From contig NW_018407700.1 in the NCBI RefSeq assembly GCF_002113885.1, positions 1,520,545 to 1,584,544 of the forward strand: a DNA stretch of 64,000 nucleotides, written 5' to 3'. How positions within the stretch are numbered: position 1 is the stretch's first letter; each line of letters begins with the position of its first letter. Below, piece after piece: positions 13,620 through 29,700 of this stretch. The notes under the pieces were generated by a model. It ran no database searches. It saw only the letters and a list, made by a program, of their open reading frames with translations, and was not told the origin of the DNA. This DNA comes from Mizuhopecten yessoensis. Taxonomy: Eukaryota. The position numbers were made by a program, and so were the translations under genes.

Positions 13620-14741
13620 TATGAATTTGCTACGCTCATGAACAATCCCGCAATTCATTATTCCTTAATGATTACCAGTAAATGCATATGATTAGTAGAT
13701 CACATGAGTTATAACAAAACCGGGTATTTGTTTTACTACCAGGGACACAACTCAAAGGCAGAGCATCAAACGATGTAATGTTGGCCATTTGACGTGTACT
13801 GTTCACGAGGATTTAATGGTATTGTAAGGTTACCTTGTAAGACTCAAAGACCGAGAAGAAAAAAACCCACTTTTTTTTGTCGTGTAACTAACTCGAAGTT
13901 TGGAGATTCTAAATCAAACTTTCGACTGATCATCTCGAAATTACTTATGTAATACCTTTGCAATACCTGCATGTGAAACATATTGCAAATACAGTATCAT
14001 TCTGCGATAGTAAATACATACATGTGATACCTATGTGTGACAGCCAATACCTATATGTTATACCAGTCAGCGATAGTAAATACATATGTGATAGCTGTGT
14101 ATGATATGTAATGCATTATTTCGAAATTTCTACGTCATTGTGTTGTAAACTCGTGTTAGCGTGGGGGCATATTATTAAGCATGATCATATAGGCATATGT
14201 AGTCCTTATTATAACTTGTATATTTGGCCTTCAGGGTAAATCCTGCAAACTCTATATAGCGAGTAAAAAGGGTTATAACATTTTTAATATAAAAATTATC
14301 TTTTGAAATGTTATTTTTGTATGTGTTTCATTGGTTTTGTGATATGACAAATAATATATCTTTGTTCGCACAATTATCTCCAATCCATGTCTCAACAATG
14401 AAAACAATATTACAGGTGACCGTAAAGCCCTTAGAACTAATACCTTATATTATTGATGGTAAAAATGAAACACATTTTTCTGTACTGTACCTTTTATTTT
14501 ATGCAATATGAGTTCAAAAATATATCAAAAATAGTCTAATGTAATGTGATAATTGTGTTGTCTTTGTTTCCATATTTGAATAAATATGTTATTTGCAATG
14601 TTCTATTTTCGCACACTATTCAGTAGCATTATGCTATTTTAAAACCTCTTTATCATATTTGTACTGAATACACATTACCAATAATAATTCAATGTTGATA
14701 TTTTTTCTTCACTTCGAGTGGGATGTGTTAAATGGTGTAAC

Positions 14742-17700
14742 ATGGCGCCGAAAATACGCAAAGTCAGCAGAGGCACACCAGAAGGTAAGGACAAGTTGAG
14801 TACTTAAAAAATAATACTTTAAAGTTCTCTACAAAATGTTCCAACCACCAACAAGGAGAATGGATTGACTGACAAAGACTACACAGTGGTAAACATGTTA
14901 CATTGATGCCATATAATTTGTTGTTTATAACAATGGAATGGTTTTATTAATGCAGTAGAGCAGAATTTCTCTCATCCAATTAATTTTAATTTGGGGAAAT
15001 ATCGGTATAAATATAAGGAAAACTTAAGAGCAAATTAAAAGTAATTTTCTGTGAAATATGATTTTCTCGTCATCAGACCGGACGATGAAAGGGTATGGCA
15101 ACACTATAAATACCGGGAGGACATCAAACATGTTCGATGAGAAGCTTACAACTTCTGGTACGATATGATTTATGAATATTTATTCTTACTATCGATCTAT
15201 ATTTGTTTATATGTAATTTAATATTTTAACTCATATCCAATTCAAAGGAAATTAATCTTTTGATCTGTTTCCATGATATCCTATTGTCTATTAAATACAG
15301 TGTTACATATTCATAGAATTTAGAATCATTCAGAAATATACTATAAAGTTAAAATTATCATAAACTTATAAATATTAAAAAAAACTTTTGTCCATATAAA
15401 ACATTGTAGTAAATATATATTAAATCAGTATGTATGACAATTTACAGCAACTGATGAGGGTTTTATGTTTTTTCGATCAAATTATCATCCATATCAAGAC
15501 ATAATTATCTTTTCGCTAAAGACTACTGTATAATAAATTAAATCTTTTTCACGACTTTCTCTTATACAAATACAAAGCTAATATTTTTGTCACTAACTTT
15601 TGAATACAATATTTTTTTGTTTTAGATAGAGACTTAGTTATTGGCTACAGCTTTACGTTAAGAAAAGTTAACATATTTACCTCGCTTGCTTGTAAATTTT
15701 TACATTTCTTCGATTGTTTTGAAATCGTTTCACTGTCAATGTTATTTATATTTAATAATGCAATTTCCTTATAGAAACAAAGATTGGAGATACGCGTCTT
15801 TTCAGAACCAGACCGGAAACGGTAACAGAGTTTTTAATGTTATATATATTACAAAAGACTGGTAGCAATAACCGTCCGATCGTGTTCATTTGATATCGAA
15901 AACAATGTTTTTTATGACATATCAAAATTAATCAATTATAATTATTTGTTGCTGTTTCCATAACGGGATAATTCTTTTCCAACAAATCTCTTAACAAATT
16001 TTATTTTTCGAGGCTTGGCAATGTGATGGAGACTCAAATCAGGTATGCCTAAACGGAAAAAGGAAGAAGCAAGAAGACATCACAAAATTGTTTTGTGTGA
16101 AAGGTAAATTGCCAAGAAATTCTTGTTTAGATTATTTTATAAAGTGTTATATTTTCTTTGTCTGGTGGTTTTTGACAGCTACATTACGAAGTAAATTGTC
16201 ATTTAGCAGATATAAGGAAATGAGTTGAATGAGTGCATAACTATCATTATTTTTTGTTCACCTGGTTTACGTCGTAGCGCCTGTTCATCCGTTCGTCTGT
16301 CCGCCATATAAAATGCTACTCGTCCAGAGCGACTTTGATTAACTTTGGTAAAGGGGTTCCTCGAGGCAAACAGGGAAAATTTGGCCACGGGGGCGAGGAT
16401 GAGTACGGGAAACGGGATTTAATTTATTTGTCCTGGAAGACATTGGAGTAAAAGGGACATTATACGTGTAAACGAAGAATTTGGCCCTTTGAGCAGAGAA
16501 GATAGATCCAAAGGGGATATATTAAATACACTAACCATTTTTTTTATTAGAATTACAATTTTATTTGAATATAAAGTGTATCCCTACCCGCACTCACACC
16601 ACCTTCGGGACAGAGGATCAAGCGGGGAACTACATGCTAACTATTAAAATATGAAAACCATTCAGTATGAGCTTGATTTAACTAAATGTAGATTTGAGCA
16701 TGACGAGGAAAGGGGCCAAAAATCTAAATTTGGGGATTTTCTGTTTTCTGTAAAAATGGTAAAAGTTGAAATATAAATTAAAGTTAGTGTGATTCCTGGA
16801 TACGCTGGACCTCTACTGAGGAATAAAGGACGAACTGTTGTACTACTTCAATGGATCCAGACCTCACTATATAACAAGGAGACCAACACGTTCGTGCTAT
16901 CATGATTTGCCCTATCACGCAGCCACATCCCAGAGACTTATTTCCTGAATCCTAACTTGGAACGGGCGATATTCTCAGGATAAAACTACATGTATATTTT
17001 GCTAGGCATAAAGCCGTCAAGACAACCACGGTACTATGTTTAGCCTCGGGGTCAGTCCCCTTCCCCTTTAACTTACAATTGTAGTCTCTGTGTCATTACA
17101 TCCCTACAGTGCGTCGTTGTTACACAATTCCATGATAATATTATGTCCCTGAGTTTGACACAAATATATCTTACATCTCACATTGCTCACCCTCTATTTA
17201 TGCTTGTATATATTTAAAATACAGGAACTATGATTAAATAAGCTTAAAGAAAATAAATAATAAATCGGAGAGATACATCATCTTATACATTCCCAGGCTA
17301 TTTCTTGTACATATCTTTTCAGACTTTTTAGGCAGAGAATCCTTTATCAGTTGAAGTTTAGTCTACATGTATATACGTTTTCTGTTTTATTTCATGACTA
17401 TAGCTGTTAATAGGACGAAAATTACAAATAAAAACAAAACATATTTATTCTTTCGAAATGATGTTCTATACTATCAAATGGTTGGATTACCGTACATATA
17501 ATGTGTAAATTGACATAAGTTATTCTCGTCGTAAGCTTATGAAGATACCAATTTTTACTAGTAATTTTGTAGACATGAATTAGATTTATTTATAATATCC
17601 GTCTTTCTTTCATCGTCATTGTGGTAAAAACAAAAATCAGCTGATGATACACATTTGATCGTATTTTCTAAAGACGAGAGGTCTGACATGAGTAATGGCA

Positions 17701-20700
17701 TTAACCTGACTGAGGACATGCAATGCGGTTTTGAGAACAAAACACACACGGTAAGACTGACTAGTAAGCTTGCAAAAATGTATTTGTCTTTGTTTGGACA
17801 CATACCCGCTGATAATACGTATGTTTTTTAGACGGTGAAACTTTGGCGTATTAATAACGCTTTCAAGAAAATTTGTGAAATTTTCACATACAAATTTTAG
17901 AAGTGCCTTATTGACTTTGTTTGACTTTGACACTATTAAGTGTCAATGCATGCTTTCAAAACTGTGTACCTCATAAATAATGGAACGGACATTGTATAAG
18001 TACTTAGTACTTGTTTCCGAATCGTTGTTGATTATATATTGAAAATATAATGTATTGAATATTACCAGAAATAAATACAGTTTAAACTAAATAATGGTAG
18101 TAGAATTTAGCTAGGTCTGACTTACACTTATTCATTATAACATCTTCATTTTACAATGCAATATTTACATTTACTCTGCATCCTTCCATTGCAATACATT
18201 GAGAAGGCAAATGTTGTTGTGAGACTATAACATCATTTGCTATTGTAGCGTCGTAAATCTCTATGGTGAAGTCATCGATTTCATTGTTGTCAAGACTTAG
18301 TTTGCTTAACTTAATAAAGCGCCACATTACTCTATCAAAATGTAAAGATAGATAATGAATAATTTAGCAAATATTGTTATGTCCTATCACACACATTTCT
18401 ATTGCTGACAAATATAAATAAAGCCCTACCGGGCTTTAATACGTTTGTCATCAATAGCATTGTGTGTTATAGGACCATAACAACATTGCCAAAACACTTA
18501 TTCATATACATACTGTCCGCTGGAAACGTAAGGCATATGTAAATCGGTATACATTATTTCCTCGAATTACTTGATATATCACAGGAAGCAAGGCAGGACC
18601 CGGATCTTGGATATTTGTCATTGAGTGCTAGTCATAAAAAAAGACTTGTCAAGATGGAAGACATCCGTTGGACACTACCTCGTGTCTCGCCTGCAGTGCA
18701 ATTTCGCGATGTGTACGTACGATAAGTGTTCAGTTCCATACCAAACTATATTAATTATAAATACTCCTTCTTATTTTAAAGGAATTGCCTTCTTATTTTT
18801 TGGGTTTGTCACGTGTGAAAAACTTTCCTGGTGCTCCACTTCAAATCCCCTTAAAACTCAACAAAATATAAGGTTATTACTTGTATTTACATTAATAAAC
18901 ACATATCAGATAGGTCAATGTATGCATATTACAGACGTATTTTTGGATGATCTGTTCGATATAGTAAAACCAGGCAAATTCATTCAAGCAAAATACGATT
19001 AAACGATTCTCTAACGTATGTTCGATCACTTTATTGTTGTCAAATATTCTTAAAATAATCAAATATGCATTATTTATCAGAAATCAAAAATAAGATTAAG
19101 CGTATAATAATTGTAAATCTTACCTATTAAACATACTAAAATAAACCAATGATAGTGTCCGTGGACAAAAGGAGGCAAAATTGTAAAGATTCAATATATG
19201 CACGTTATACTCTGAAAGGTCTTACAAATAATGTCTTCTAAACATAATTATTGACTTCCGATTTACAAGTGTATTATTTTGAGCAAAAACAATGGACAAA
19301 AAGTTACAATCTACGGTTTAAGACCTCTCCCGCTCACCCCTTAATGACCCCCTCCCCCTCCAACCACCCCTTAGGTTGTCTTTATAGTCAGGCGTGACGT
19401 ACTATGAGTTTGTAAATTTGTCATTTCATTTTAAATATAATAACATTCCAGATGGGTCCAGTTGAAGATATTTCAAAATGAAAAACAAGTTGGAAAGGTT
19501 GTAACAGCAAAGCAGAGAACAGATGTAGTAAATTGTATAAAGTTTAGAGGTCAACTCAAGGTAATAATGTATATTATATTTCCAAGTTCACTACAAGGGG
19601 TCAAATTTCCAGTAGTCACATTGCTTATTCGGCCTATGATCTTTAAATGACTTAATTTCTTGGCAAGGAACTTGTTCCATAAAAAGAGAAATGTGACGCA
19701 GATCACTCTGAAGAAAGGGATAACATGTTTAAGAATTACAAAGCTTGTCGGGCCAATAAAGATACTTGTCTGGATTCATGACTATGCCCTGAAACTAATG
19801 TTAGTGTGGAGGTGAAAAATTGAAGATTCAAATATTAAAATCATATTATTAAAATGGTTGTATCATGGCAAGACAAAGTGTCGTTGATAGTAGGAGACAT
19901 GTGTTAATATTTAGCCTTCCAGTATTCCTGTTAATGTTTAACCTTTGTTTTTACAGACAAAGATTGAAAGAGATTGTCCAAAAACCACTGTATCGCTGTG
20001 TGTCTGGACTACCAAAACATCCAAGAAATTTTTTAGAAAGCCTGATAAGTCACTCGGTCGAGTAGACATAAAACTAGACTCATTTGACGAAAAGCTGCAA
20101 ACTAAAAATATCTACCTACATCCATGTGAGGTAATCATTCTTATTTGTATGCTTAATTCCCTTACAGATGTAACATTTGATGGTATATGCTTTATGTAGT
20201 ATGCATAATTGACTGATAAAATTTACTGTATAGTAAAATGAGGTGGAACTGCCATGGCGTCAACTCACATGAACAATACTGGAAAACGAAGTCGACAGGA
20301 AAAGACATTAACAGAAACTGAGAGGATAATAATTTTTATTCTGACAGTTTTATATAATTAATATGCGTTCCAGTTCGATAGATATCCTTTAGCTAAATGG
20401 CTTAAGAATATGTTATTTTATGTTAAAATCTTGCTCAAAAATCACAAAATGAACGTTCTGTAGTTGAATGTCGTTATTATCAAGTATACTCAGCTACAGA
20501 GAAAAAAAATCTTAACGGACTTTAGTACATTTCATTTTAATTTAAACATCCCGTTGTATTACACGTAACTAAAAAGTAGAGTGTTATGTTATTGCGCTTT
20601 GACTTGCCACAAAAAATATTACTAACGGTTACATTTACGTTAATCAAATTTCCACATCAATAGTGTGGTGAGTGAAATGAGTTTCTGCAGGCTAAAGCTA

Positions 20701-23700
20701 ATTGCACACTTGTGTATATTTATTCGGGCACTCAACTTTTGTGTATTTATGTACTGTTTAGAACGTCTATGATTCTAGATAAAGTTAACCAAAACTCTTT
20801 CCTTTTTCCATTCTTGAAATATGACCAAACATCGGCAGGTGCTCATCTTTAAGCAAACACTATCGTTGAAAATGTCACGTATTATCGATTGTTTCATAAA
20901 TCGGTTGCAAACGCGAAATATGCGAAAGTCATTATACAATTTTCACACGAAACCAGCTTAGTGAATACAATGTTATCTTGTTAATGGAAAATGAGTAAAA
21001 GCATAGTGTCTATACACATGTAACAATAGAGCGGCAGGAGAAGACATATGCCGAAAATAAATAGATAAAAAATATCCACATACGTGTGGAATAGGTGTTG
21101 CTTGTTCCCCACATGTGGTGTCCTGTATCATGGAAAGTGTAATGATCGCCAACGAAACATTAGACAGATTAACCTCAAAATTGGATATTGTATCATAATA
21201 TTGTTCGTACTCAATCATAGCTTTAATCCTCCTCTTCTGCATAAGGAAGGAATAAATAGGAAAAATTATGAAGAACATATGTAATGTTGAGTAATCGTTA
21301 GAGATACAGAGAAAGAACGCATATATACCTTTACAAACTTGAGTAAGTCGATACAAAAAAAAGTTAAACATAGTATTTTTTACTGTGTCATTATATATGA
21401 ATCGGAAGGGAAAATAAAACATATTTTCTGTCGTGATATATCTAGTTCTAAAGATGATAAACGAATTTCAAGGAACCTTTGAAATATTTGTATTTTATTC
21501 GAGGAAAACGCATCCTCATGGTATCGGAATGTGGGGTTATCGTATAATTTCAGCTGGCTATTTTGAATCAGATCGGCTAAACGTGGTATGCCGTTAGTCT
21601 CCAATGGGGTCCACAACTTTTTTCCAGGCCTTTTTCTCTATCCTTTTTCTTGGTGCTTGCATAACGAGTTTAAGTAGTTTGTATTTATCTTAATTTAAAC
21701 TACAAGAATGAATCTAAGGTGAAGTTTTAAGTGCATTTACTTTGTTTCCTGTAAACAGGGAGGTGAATGGAAGCAGAGTCCTTCAAGTCCAAAACCAGCA
21801 ACCGTAGTCACAGTTAAGTCAGTGAGTAAGCGGCAAACAACGTCAGGGAAAAGATTGTCGATGGTTTTGAAATTACCTTTCTTTATTACGTCTTTTAATG
21901 TTTGAGGTTGTAATTTTGGGAAGCGACACAAATCTTTTTATTAGAAAAATAACAAAACATTTGTAGCATTTTTCCCTTAATGCTGAATTTTTACTTCAAT
22001 GAAAATGTATGATGCAGATAATATCATATGCGCAGTCGTCAAAGAAATCGTATGCTTGCTTATGTTTCCATTTTGAACAAATAGCTTGAATTACATAATG
22101 ACTTTGTTTATATTCCAGTGTTTCCCCTTTGACAGCCAATCTGAAGTAAATGACACTTCGTTGTCTACTCGAGTTAAATCGCCTAATGTCCCAAAGACTA
22201 CAACATCAAGGGAACAAAACGTTATCAGCTCTGCCGTGCCTAACTTGGTTTGAATTATTTCACTACCGGTGTTTAACGATAACCGTATAATAAATCAATT
22301 TAATTTATGTAATCTTCTAGCAGAAACATAATATTGTTTTAATGTGATGGATTTATCTACCTAAGTAATATCTTGGCAAAATTGTGGACCGCAACCAAGC
22401 ATTAAGACTTGCATTTTAACTATTTAGTAATTGTTTATTTGTTTGTTTGTGAGAAAGGAAAGGTGGAAAGGGTAATGAACTACTATTGCTGAAAGTTAAC
22501 GTTACCAAATCGTTAACTCTGTCCATGTTGATGAATTTTCTGTTGGATTTTCTTCTAGATCGACATTGGTAAAGCAGGCAATTCTTCAAAAAGGTCGACA
22601 AATAACCACAGCACAACGCATTGTTCCACTGGTGAGTTTTTTCATACGGCTTTATCATCCGGAAAGCCTTATGTTAGGAAAAGCGTCGACAACATAAATA
22701 CCTGCAATACAAAAGGAAAAGCACCAGAAGTTAAGACCAATTATCGAAGCACCAAAGAAGGATTCACCGAAAACAGAACTCGACATCTGAATATTAAAAA
22801 TATTTCTGAAAAAAGCAAGTATGGCATATGTAAAGATATATATGCTGAGGACAAGCAGCAAAAGCAAGATAAACCTCCAAAATATACTGCGAGAGAAAAT
22901 GGAAGCACAGCAACAGCCGCTGAAGATGAACCACATCGTCATTTAATAAAAGAAACAGTTACAACTGTAAGTTAACTTAAACATATGTATATGATTATTT
23001 TTAATACTCTTCTCGAATGTATGATTTTATGTATACGCTTGCGTTGGAATTGCATGAAAGGATATGAATCAGTACTTGGTTTATACTTGACGTGATTGGA
23101 ACAACACTGTCATTGTAATGGTATCAATGTATCAATAAGGTTCATCGGTTGATATCAGTTAGGATTTGCTCTCTTTATCGAACTAATACACGCGGAGTGT
23201 GATTTTCCAATAAAGAGATTTTTGTCTACTATTCAGCAACATTCCTCCCTAATAATTCGTAATGTCGTAGCATTTCATATTTTTTACAAAAGAGATTGAC
23301 ATGGCATCTTATCCACGAACTATATTCATGAAGGAATAAGCCTCATCGTCTTTGTTCATACTTAATTTAGTTTGCTATGTATCATTTTGATAACTGCAGT
23401 TCAACATATTCCACTGACATATCGAAATACCAATATTTAATACCGGCTTCCAAATTTTACATATCATGGGAGAAATTTACGGTGACCGTATTTTTTTTGG
23501 CAAGCTCACTGTTTTATCTTTCTGTAAACAATGTGTGGTTCCTCTGACGAGGGAGTATATTCTTAATTTTTATTTATTTACGTGTTTTAACCGTCCTATC
23601 AATATATATGTCATATGCAAAAATACCAACATCTCTAATACAAAATTGATATAACAGGATATTTAAAAAAAAACCATCATCTACCATTATAATATTTTAA

Positions 23701-26700
23701 AGATTCGACTGCACTGCATATATATGTGATTGCATGTTGTGCATTTCACAGACAAAAGAGACGCAGAGCGGAAAGATTCATGAGAACGACCACAGAAACA
23801 GTCGAATACATGATATAAACAAAGAAGGTCCTTCTCTTCAACACCAGCAAATGGAACAAAAACTGATAAAGCAGTCGATTAATGAAGCAATACTTTATAA
23901 TCATCCACAAACAGCTAGAATCTCCAGAACATCGGAGGTTGGTAACAAAACAGTAAGATCAACCTCTATTGTGTAATAGACAAAATTCCAAGAAAAAAAG
24001 TAAGTTAGACTGCGATTACAAGACAAAATATAGAAAAATAAAAGAGGATAAAGTGACACTATTTGATCATAAGTACAATGCTGATCTAATGTTATTACGA
24101 TTAATATTTAAGGTTGGAAACGAAACTTTTAACCAAAATAAGTATGTATATACCCTCTATACGTTGTGTTTGCAGTCGGAAGAAGCCGATTCAAGAAAAA
24201 TGAAGTGGCAAACAAGTATAAATTCGACACAAAATACAGGTACAACATTTTTATTTTTTTATTTTGTTATTGAGATGGTACACACATATTTATCCTGTGA
24301 CGGCATATTGTCAACGTTAAGGGTCAAAAAGAAATAACTTGTTCAAACTTCTTGAAAATTAATGGTAAAATATGACACCTTTGTTAGCATCCGGCCTTTG
24401 TTTTTTTCTTCAATTATTTCCAATAAGGTCCTGACAATGTCTTCCCATTGATATACAGACAGTATGTATTTCCTAATGACGAATAATTGTTAATTTACAG
24501 CTTTAAATTATTATTTTTTGTTTTGTTTATTCAGCGAAAGAGTCCGGCGACCATGAGAAAAAGAGTGGTAACCTCTGTACTAACACCGATATTGAGCTCC
24601 ACGAGATCAAGGTATAAAAATGAACTTCAGATAAAGCGTCATTTCATAGCACTCAGTTTGTTTACAAAAGCACATTGACATGTCTTAATTCAGACGTCAT
24701 TAAATTTAAATTTGCTTTTGTTTATTTGAGTAGCTAAAATCAAAAATTTATTCAATTTATATCTCTCAATGCAGATATTTTATTGTTGTCTAAAACATCA
24801 CAGGGATTGGAATTTGTGGTGACCTACCACCTTCCAGCAAGCCAGTTGTAGCTTAATGAATAAATGATATGTTGAAAAAAGAGGTATAGAGGTTTCAAAT
24901 CTATAATTATGCAGTACCGCCTATTTTCAGAGAATTCGTCTGTTTCCTTATTAAGAAAAAATCACCATCCTATCCATATTAATCAATGCTTGCATCTTCC
25001 AACAAGTAAAAGTGTTTTTTTTAATATTGATTGCTACTTCAATATCAACATTTATACAACGATGCACACCAACCATGGATCTTTTGTCGAGATAAGAAAA
25101 ACATTGTCTGCCATTATACATACGACTGTACTGTTAATACAATATATGCCATAAAATGTTGTCCGTGTCACAGACACAAGAAACTCAGAGCGGAAACAAT
25201 GATCGGAATGAACAAAGAACGGAACCAAAAGCATTCAGAGAGCAAACGATTGATGTAGAAAAACTTTGCATGCAACCACAAACAACGAGCAACTCGAAAG
25301 CATCGAAGGTTTGTGATTAAGCTTCAAATCATCCGGCTATTTTTTTCCTCCGTAATTGAAAAAAATCGCCTAGAAAATATGAAAAAAGAATACAAGGCAA
25401 ATTAATTATAAAGAAAAGATACTATAGTGACACCACTTGATCAGAACGTAGTTATATTTCTGATGCGTCAATATTACAATAGCATATTACGTCAAGGGTT
25501 ATAAATTTAAAAAAAGTAAAATCTTACACGATCACCATTTATTTCTTAATTGATAAAGATTCCAAGAGAAACGAAATACAGAACCTCATGCAAATCAAAA
25601 CATAGAATGCTGATTTTTAGCCATATTATAATATTATAGTTCATATTACTACATTCCTATGCTTTGTGTTCGAAATTAAAGTTCATACTACAATAGATAT
25701 GACTTCTGATTTATGTTGTGTTTGCAGTTAGAAGAGGTCGAATCCGAGAAAAGTAACTTACAAACAAGCACATACTCTACAAAAAACACAGGTAAAACAA
25801 TTTCAAAAAATTCGTTTTGTTTTCGAAATGGTAAACACCCTTTTCTCTTGTGGTTACAGTTCGACACAATCATAGTATGTTTACAATTTAGACCGATATT
25901 GGGTAAGCAAATTACTTTTGTAAAAGTCTTGAACTTTAGGGTCACTGTCGACACCTTAGTCACCATCCGGTTTTGAATAGTGTGTCTGTACCAGTACAAA
26001 TCTAAGTACTAGAAATGTCTTCTCGTTGATCATGGGACAGTTTCTATATAGTAATGAGCAAATTGTTTCAAATTTGCAGATTAGTGTATGTTTAATTTTT
26101 CAGAGCACGAATCCAGCTTCCAAAACAAGAACAGTGGTAACACAGCTGGCAATAGAGAAAAAGACCTCACCATGGGCAAGGTAAGATGAAGTCTTATCTC
26201 GTAGCATTTAGTTTATTCATAAAAGACATGTACAAACAATAACGGGAATGGCTGAATACGCAATGTTAAGTAAGAAGATCACTTTCTGAACCAAACACAA
26301 TGAAAAAGCAATCGATCAATGTAAAATTACTTTACAATCATCCGAAAACAGATAGCAGAGCAGCAGCCAAGGATAGAAACAATACAGTTAAATCCGACCC
26401 ATTCACATATATTTTGTAATCGATAAAAACATCCCAGAAAAGATAGATACCGGTTGCAAAGCAAATTCCTTACAAAGAAAAGAAGGCTATAGTGACACCA
26501 CTTGATAAAAACATAAAATGCTGACTAGGTTGGAAATGAAACTTAAACCAAACGTTATGCTGCTTTTTGCAGTCAACAGAAGCCGAATCCCGGAACATTA
26601 ACATGCAGACAAGTAGGTATTCGTCACGAAATACAGGTACAACAATTTGTTTTCCACCAATTTCATGTTTGATTACATTTTGTCAAAGTTATAGTATTTT

Positions 26701-29700
26701 TTCAATTCAGAACAATTTGGTTCAAATGAGAATACCTTTGCCAAGGTCTTGAAACTTAGGGTCACTGATAATTTTTTAATGGGACAATTTAGTGAAGTAG
26801 TTTTTTTTGATTACCTGAAAATCAAGGCGATACCGAAAATATGTATTTCCTAACGAAAGATTACGTAGTTGATATAGACATGACATGAAGCCAACGTCCA
26901 GTGTGGTCAGTTTCATCTTTTGGGAAAGCCGGTGATCAAAATAGCTACGAAGCAAACATGTACATCACTACGCTCTCGACCGACAACAGAGTGGCATTTA
27001 TACGAGTCTGAGTTCACACATAACTCATTCTTGAATTTGCACATTTGGATTTGAATAAGGACACACAGGTTCAATTAGAGCATGCACGCATTGAGAGGGT
27101 GCCACAGGGAGAATTTCAAACCGCAGAAATTACGATATCAAAAGGTTTAAACGTAAAATAGATCACTTACTTATAACGATGTTTTAGATGCTGTTGGGAG
27201 ATGCTTTTGATTCAAAATAGATGTATATACTTCCATTTAGAGAGGCTAGGCGAATAAAGCGAGAAGTTACCTTCTCTCCTCGACTGCAAAGACATTTTTG
27301 TTAGCTAGAAATTCACCGACAGCTGCCGCTAAAACGTACGGTTGTACAGTTAAGGATTTCTCTATTGCGGATTAAAAACGCCAAGAAAACATTGTCTCTT
27401 GTCAATTTCTCGCCATTAATTGTTCATAGTTAGTATCAAACTATATCATCATGAAGAGTTTTGTGACAAAGTTATGAATAAAACTTACTTCAATAAATTG
27501 TCCCTTTAATGTGTTTTTAATTTTCAGATAAAAAGCCTGGTAACACAGCTGGTAGTGAAAATGAGCTCAGCATGACCAAGGTAAATAAATGAGCGTAAAA
27601 TGAAATGTGATTTCGTAGCATTTAGTATGGTCGATAAATGCTTCGAAATCACACCATGGATAGACCATAATTTCATTTTAAGAATTTAGAAATTAATTTT
27701 ACGTTAAGGACTCCCGAACCACTGTCAAAAACTGTGACAAGGAATTTGAAACAGGTTGTTTTCCAGTATGACTATAACATTGATGAACCATGTCCGAAAA
27801 AAACATGATACCACGCGGGACTTATACATTAAATATGATCAACAACAGTGTTCTTAGTACAAAACAAATCAGGAGATCGAAATCCTATATTCAGAATGTT
27901 ATACTATCGCTCCAACTCTACTACAGTTAAATCCAAGCGGAAGTTAAGGGTAGGTTATCTTCCGTTAATGGTTAAGGATCCTTAAAGATACCTGACCCAC
28001 TGAACTGTTGTTTTTTACGAAAACTCAATGAAGCAATACCTCCTAATATTATGGAATATGTCTGTTAATATTCTATGAATAATGTACCATTCTGTCTTTA
28101 TGTAAACAACGCGCAGACGTACCAAAGAGCTTGTGTAGATATAAGACTAAAGGGCAAGTAATCTGCAGTATTCGAAGTGATTCAGTAACTGAAATGCCAA
28201 ATACCAAACTGTTTCTGCTATTGTACGTGAATTTACTATCGTTACCATATGTGCATATGTATCATATACCTTAATACAAACATCGGGAATAATACCTATT
28301 AAACGAGATATCCGCCATTATATTTTTACTGCGACTACATTGATAATACATTATAAGCCTTAACTTGTTGTTCATGTCACAGACAAAAGAGACGCAGGGC
28401 GGAAAGATTGATGGACAAGGCCACGGAAACAAACGAAAACATCACGATGAACATAATGAAGGAGTTCCTTTTCAACACCAGCATACGGGACCAAAAGCAG
28501 TGAGAGAACAAACTATTAATTAAGAAAAATCTTTTCGATCAAACACAAAATTCTATCAACTCCAGAGCTTCGAAGACTTATAACAAACAGTAAATTCGCC
28601 ACTTGATCAAAAACATACAATGCTGACGTAACCATATGCTGCTGTGCTTCTAACGGTTCATGTTTGAAATTCAACAAACCTTAACAAAAATGGTAATGAT
28701 TAATCCCTGTTATTATTCTGTTTGCAGTCAGAAGTAGCCGAATCCTTGAACATATACTCGCCCAAAAGAACATCTTTGAGTCAAAACAAAGGTATATCTT
28801 TTTTTTCGTTTTGTTATTGAGATGCTAATCAACATTGTAAATTGTGAGGACATTTCAACCCAATCATAGTACGTTTCGAATTTAGACCGATCTTGGGTAA
28901 AAATACCAGTATAAAATCTTTAACTTTAGGGTCAATATAGCTTATCACCATCAGAGTTTTGTATTCATCGGATATCGAAGTACTGAATATATCTTCTGAT
29001 TGAAAACGGGAGAGTGTCTATGTAATGATAAGCGAATCAGTCAAATTAACATATTAATGTATGTTTAATTAATAGAGGAACGATCTGGCGACAAAAGCAG
29101 AATTCACAGAACGGTTAGTGTGCTATTTTGTTATGAATGAATAAATGTAAGATGTTCTAAGACTTTTGAAACTTATCGTTTTATAATAAGCTTATCAAAA
29201 TTACTTCGTGCATGTTTCAGGAGATGTTTCATCAGAACTATATGGTGTTTTTTTCTGTGAAATTTATAAATTGTCTTCAAATAAAAAATACAGTTCTTAT
29301 ATAAATTACGATAAAAGTTATAGATACTGATATAAGTTCATTTATTATATTGCAGGGTATTGCAAACCTCGGAAACACTTGTTATGCGAACAGTGTCCTC
29401 CAGGTAATGTTTATGCATTAAAAACGCAATAAAATGTTCAGGAAGCTTTCATAGCTAAGCACTGACATAACTATCGCTAATATAGTTTCAACCTAACACC
29501 CATTAAAATTATTCAAACTCAGTTAGAACTATGATGATGGTATTGCAGGTTAGATGCCTAAAAAACTCAAATATGTACCCATTTATTGAGCCTAAGGGTA
29601 GCGTCCGAATAGGGAAAGTTGGCTAAAAGATGTCAAATCCTCTTTGTATCCGGAATAAAGTATAAGTTAATGCATTTCATTCATAGTTAAATAACATATT

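Noticed and set aside
14830-14888. Extra exon of paralogue 2
   Set aside because: It looks exon-like and has a GTAAAC donor, but there is no AG acceptor (ctctacaa), and the flanking exons join in phase without it.
22655-22942. Minus-strand hydrophobic 'membrane protein' ORF
   Set aside because: It is the antisense shadow of the A-rich + strand exon 22559-22966.
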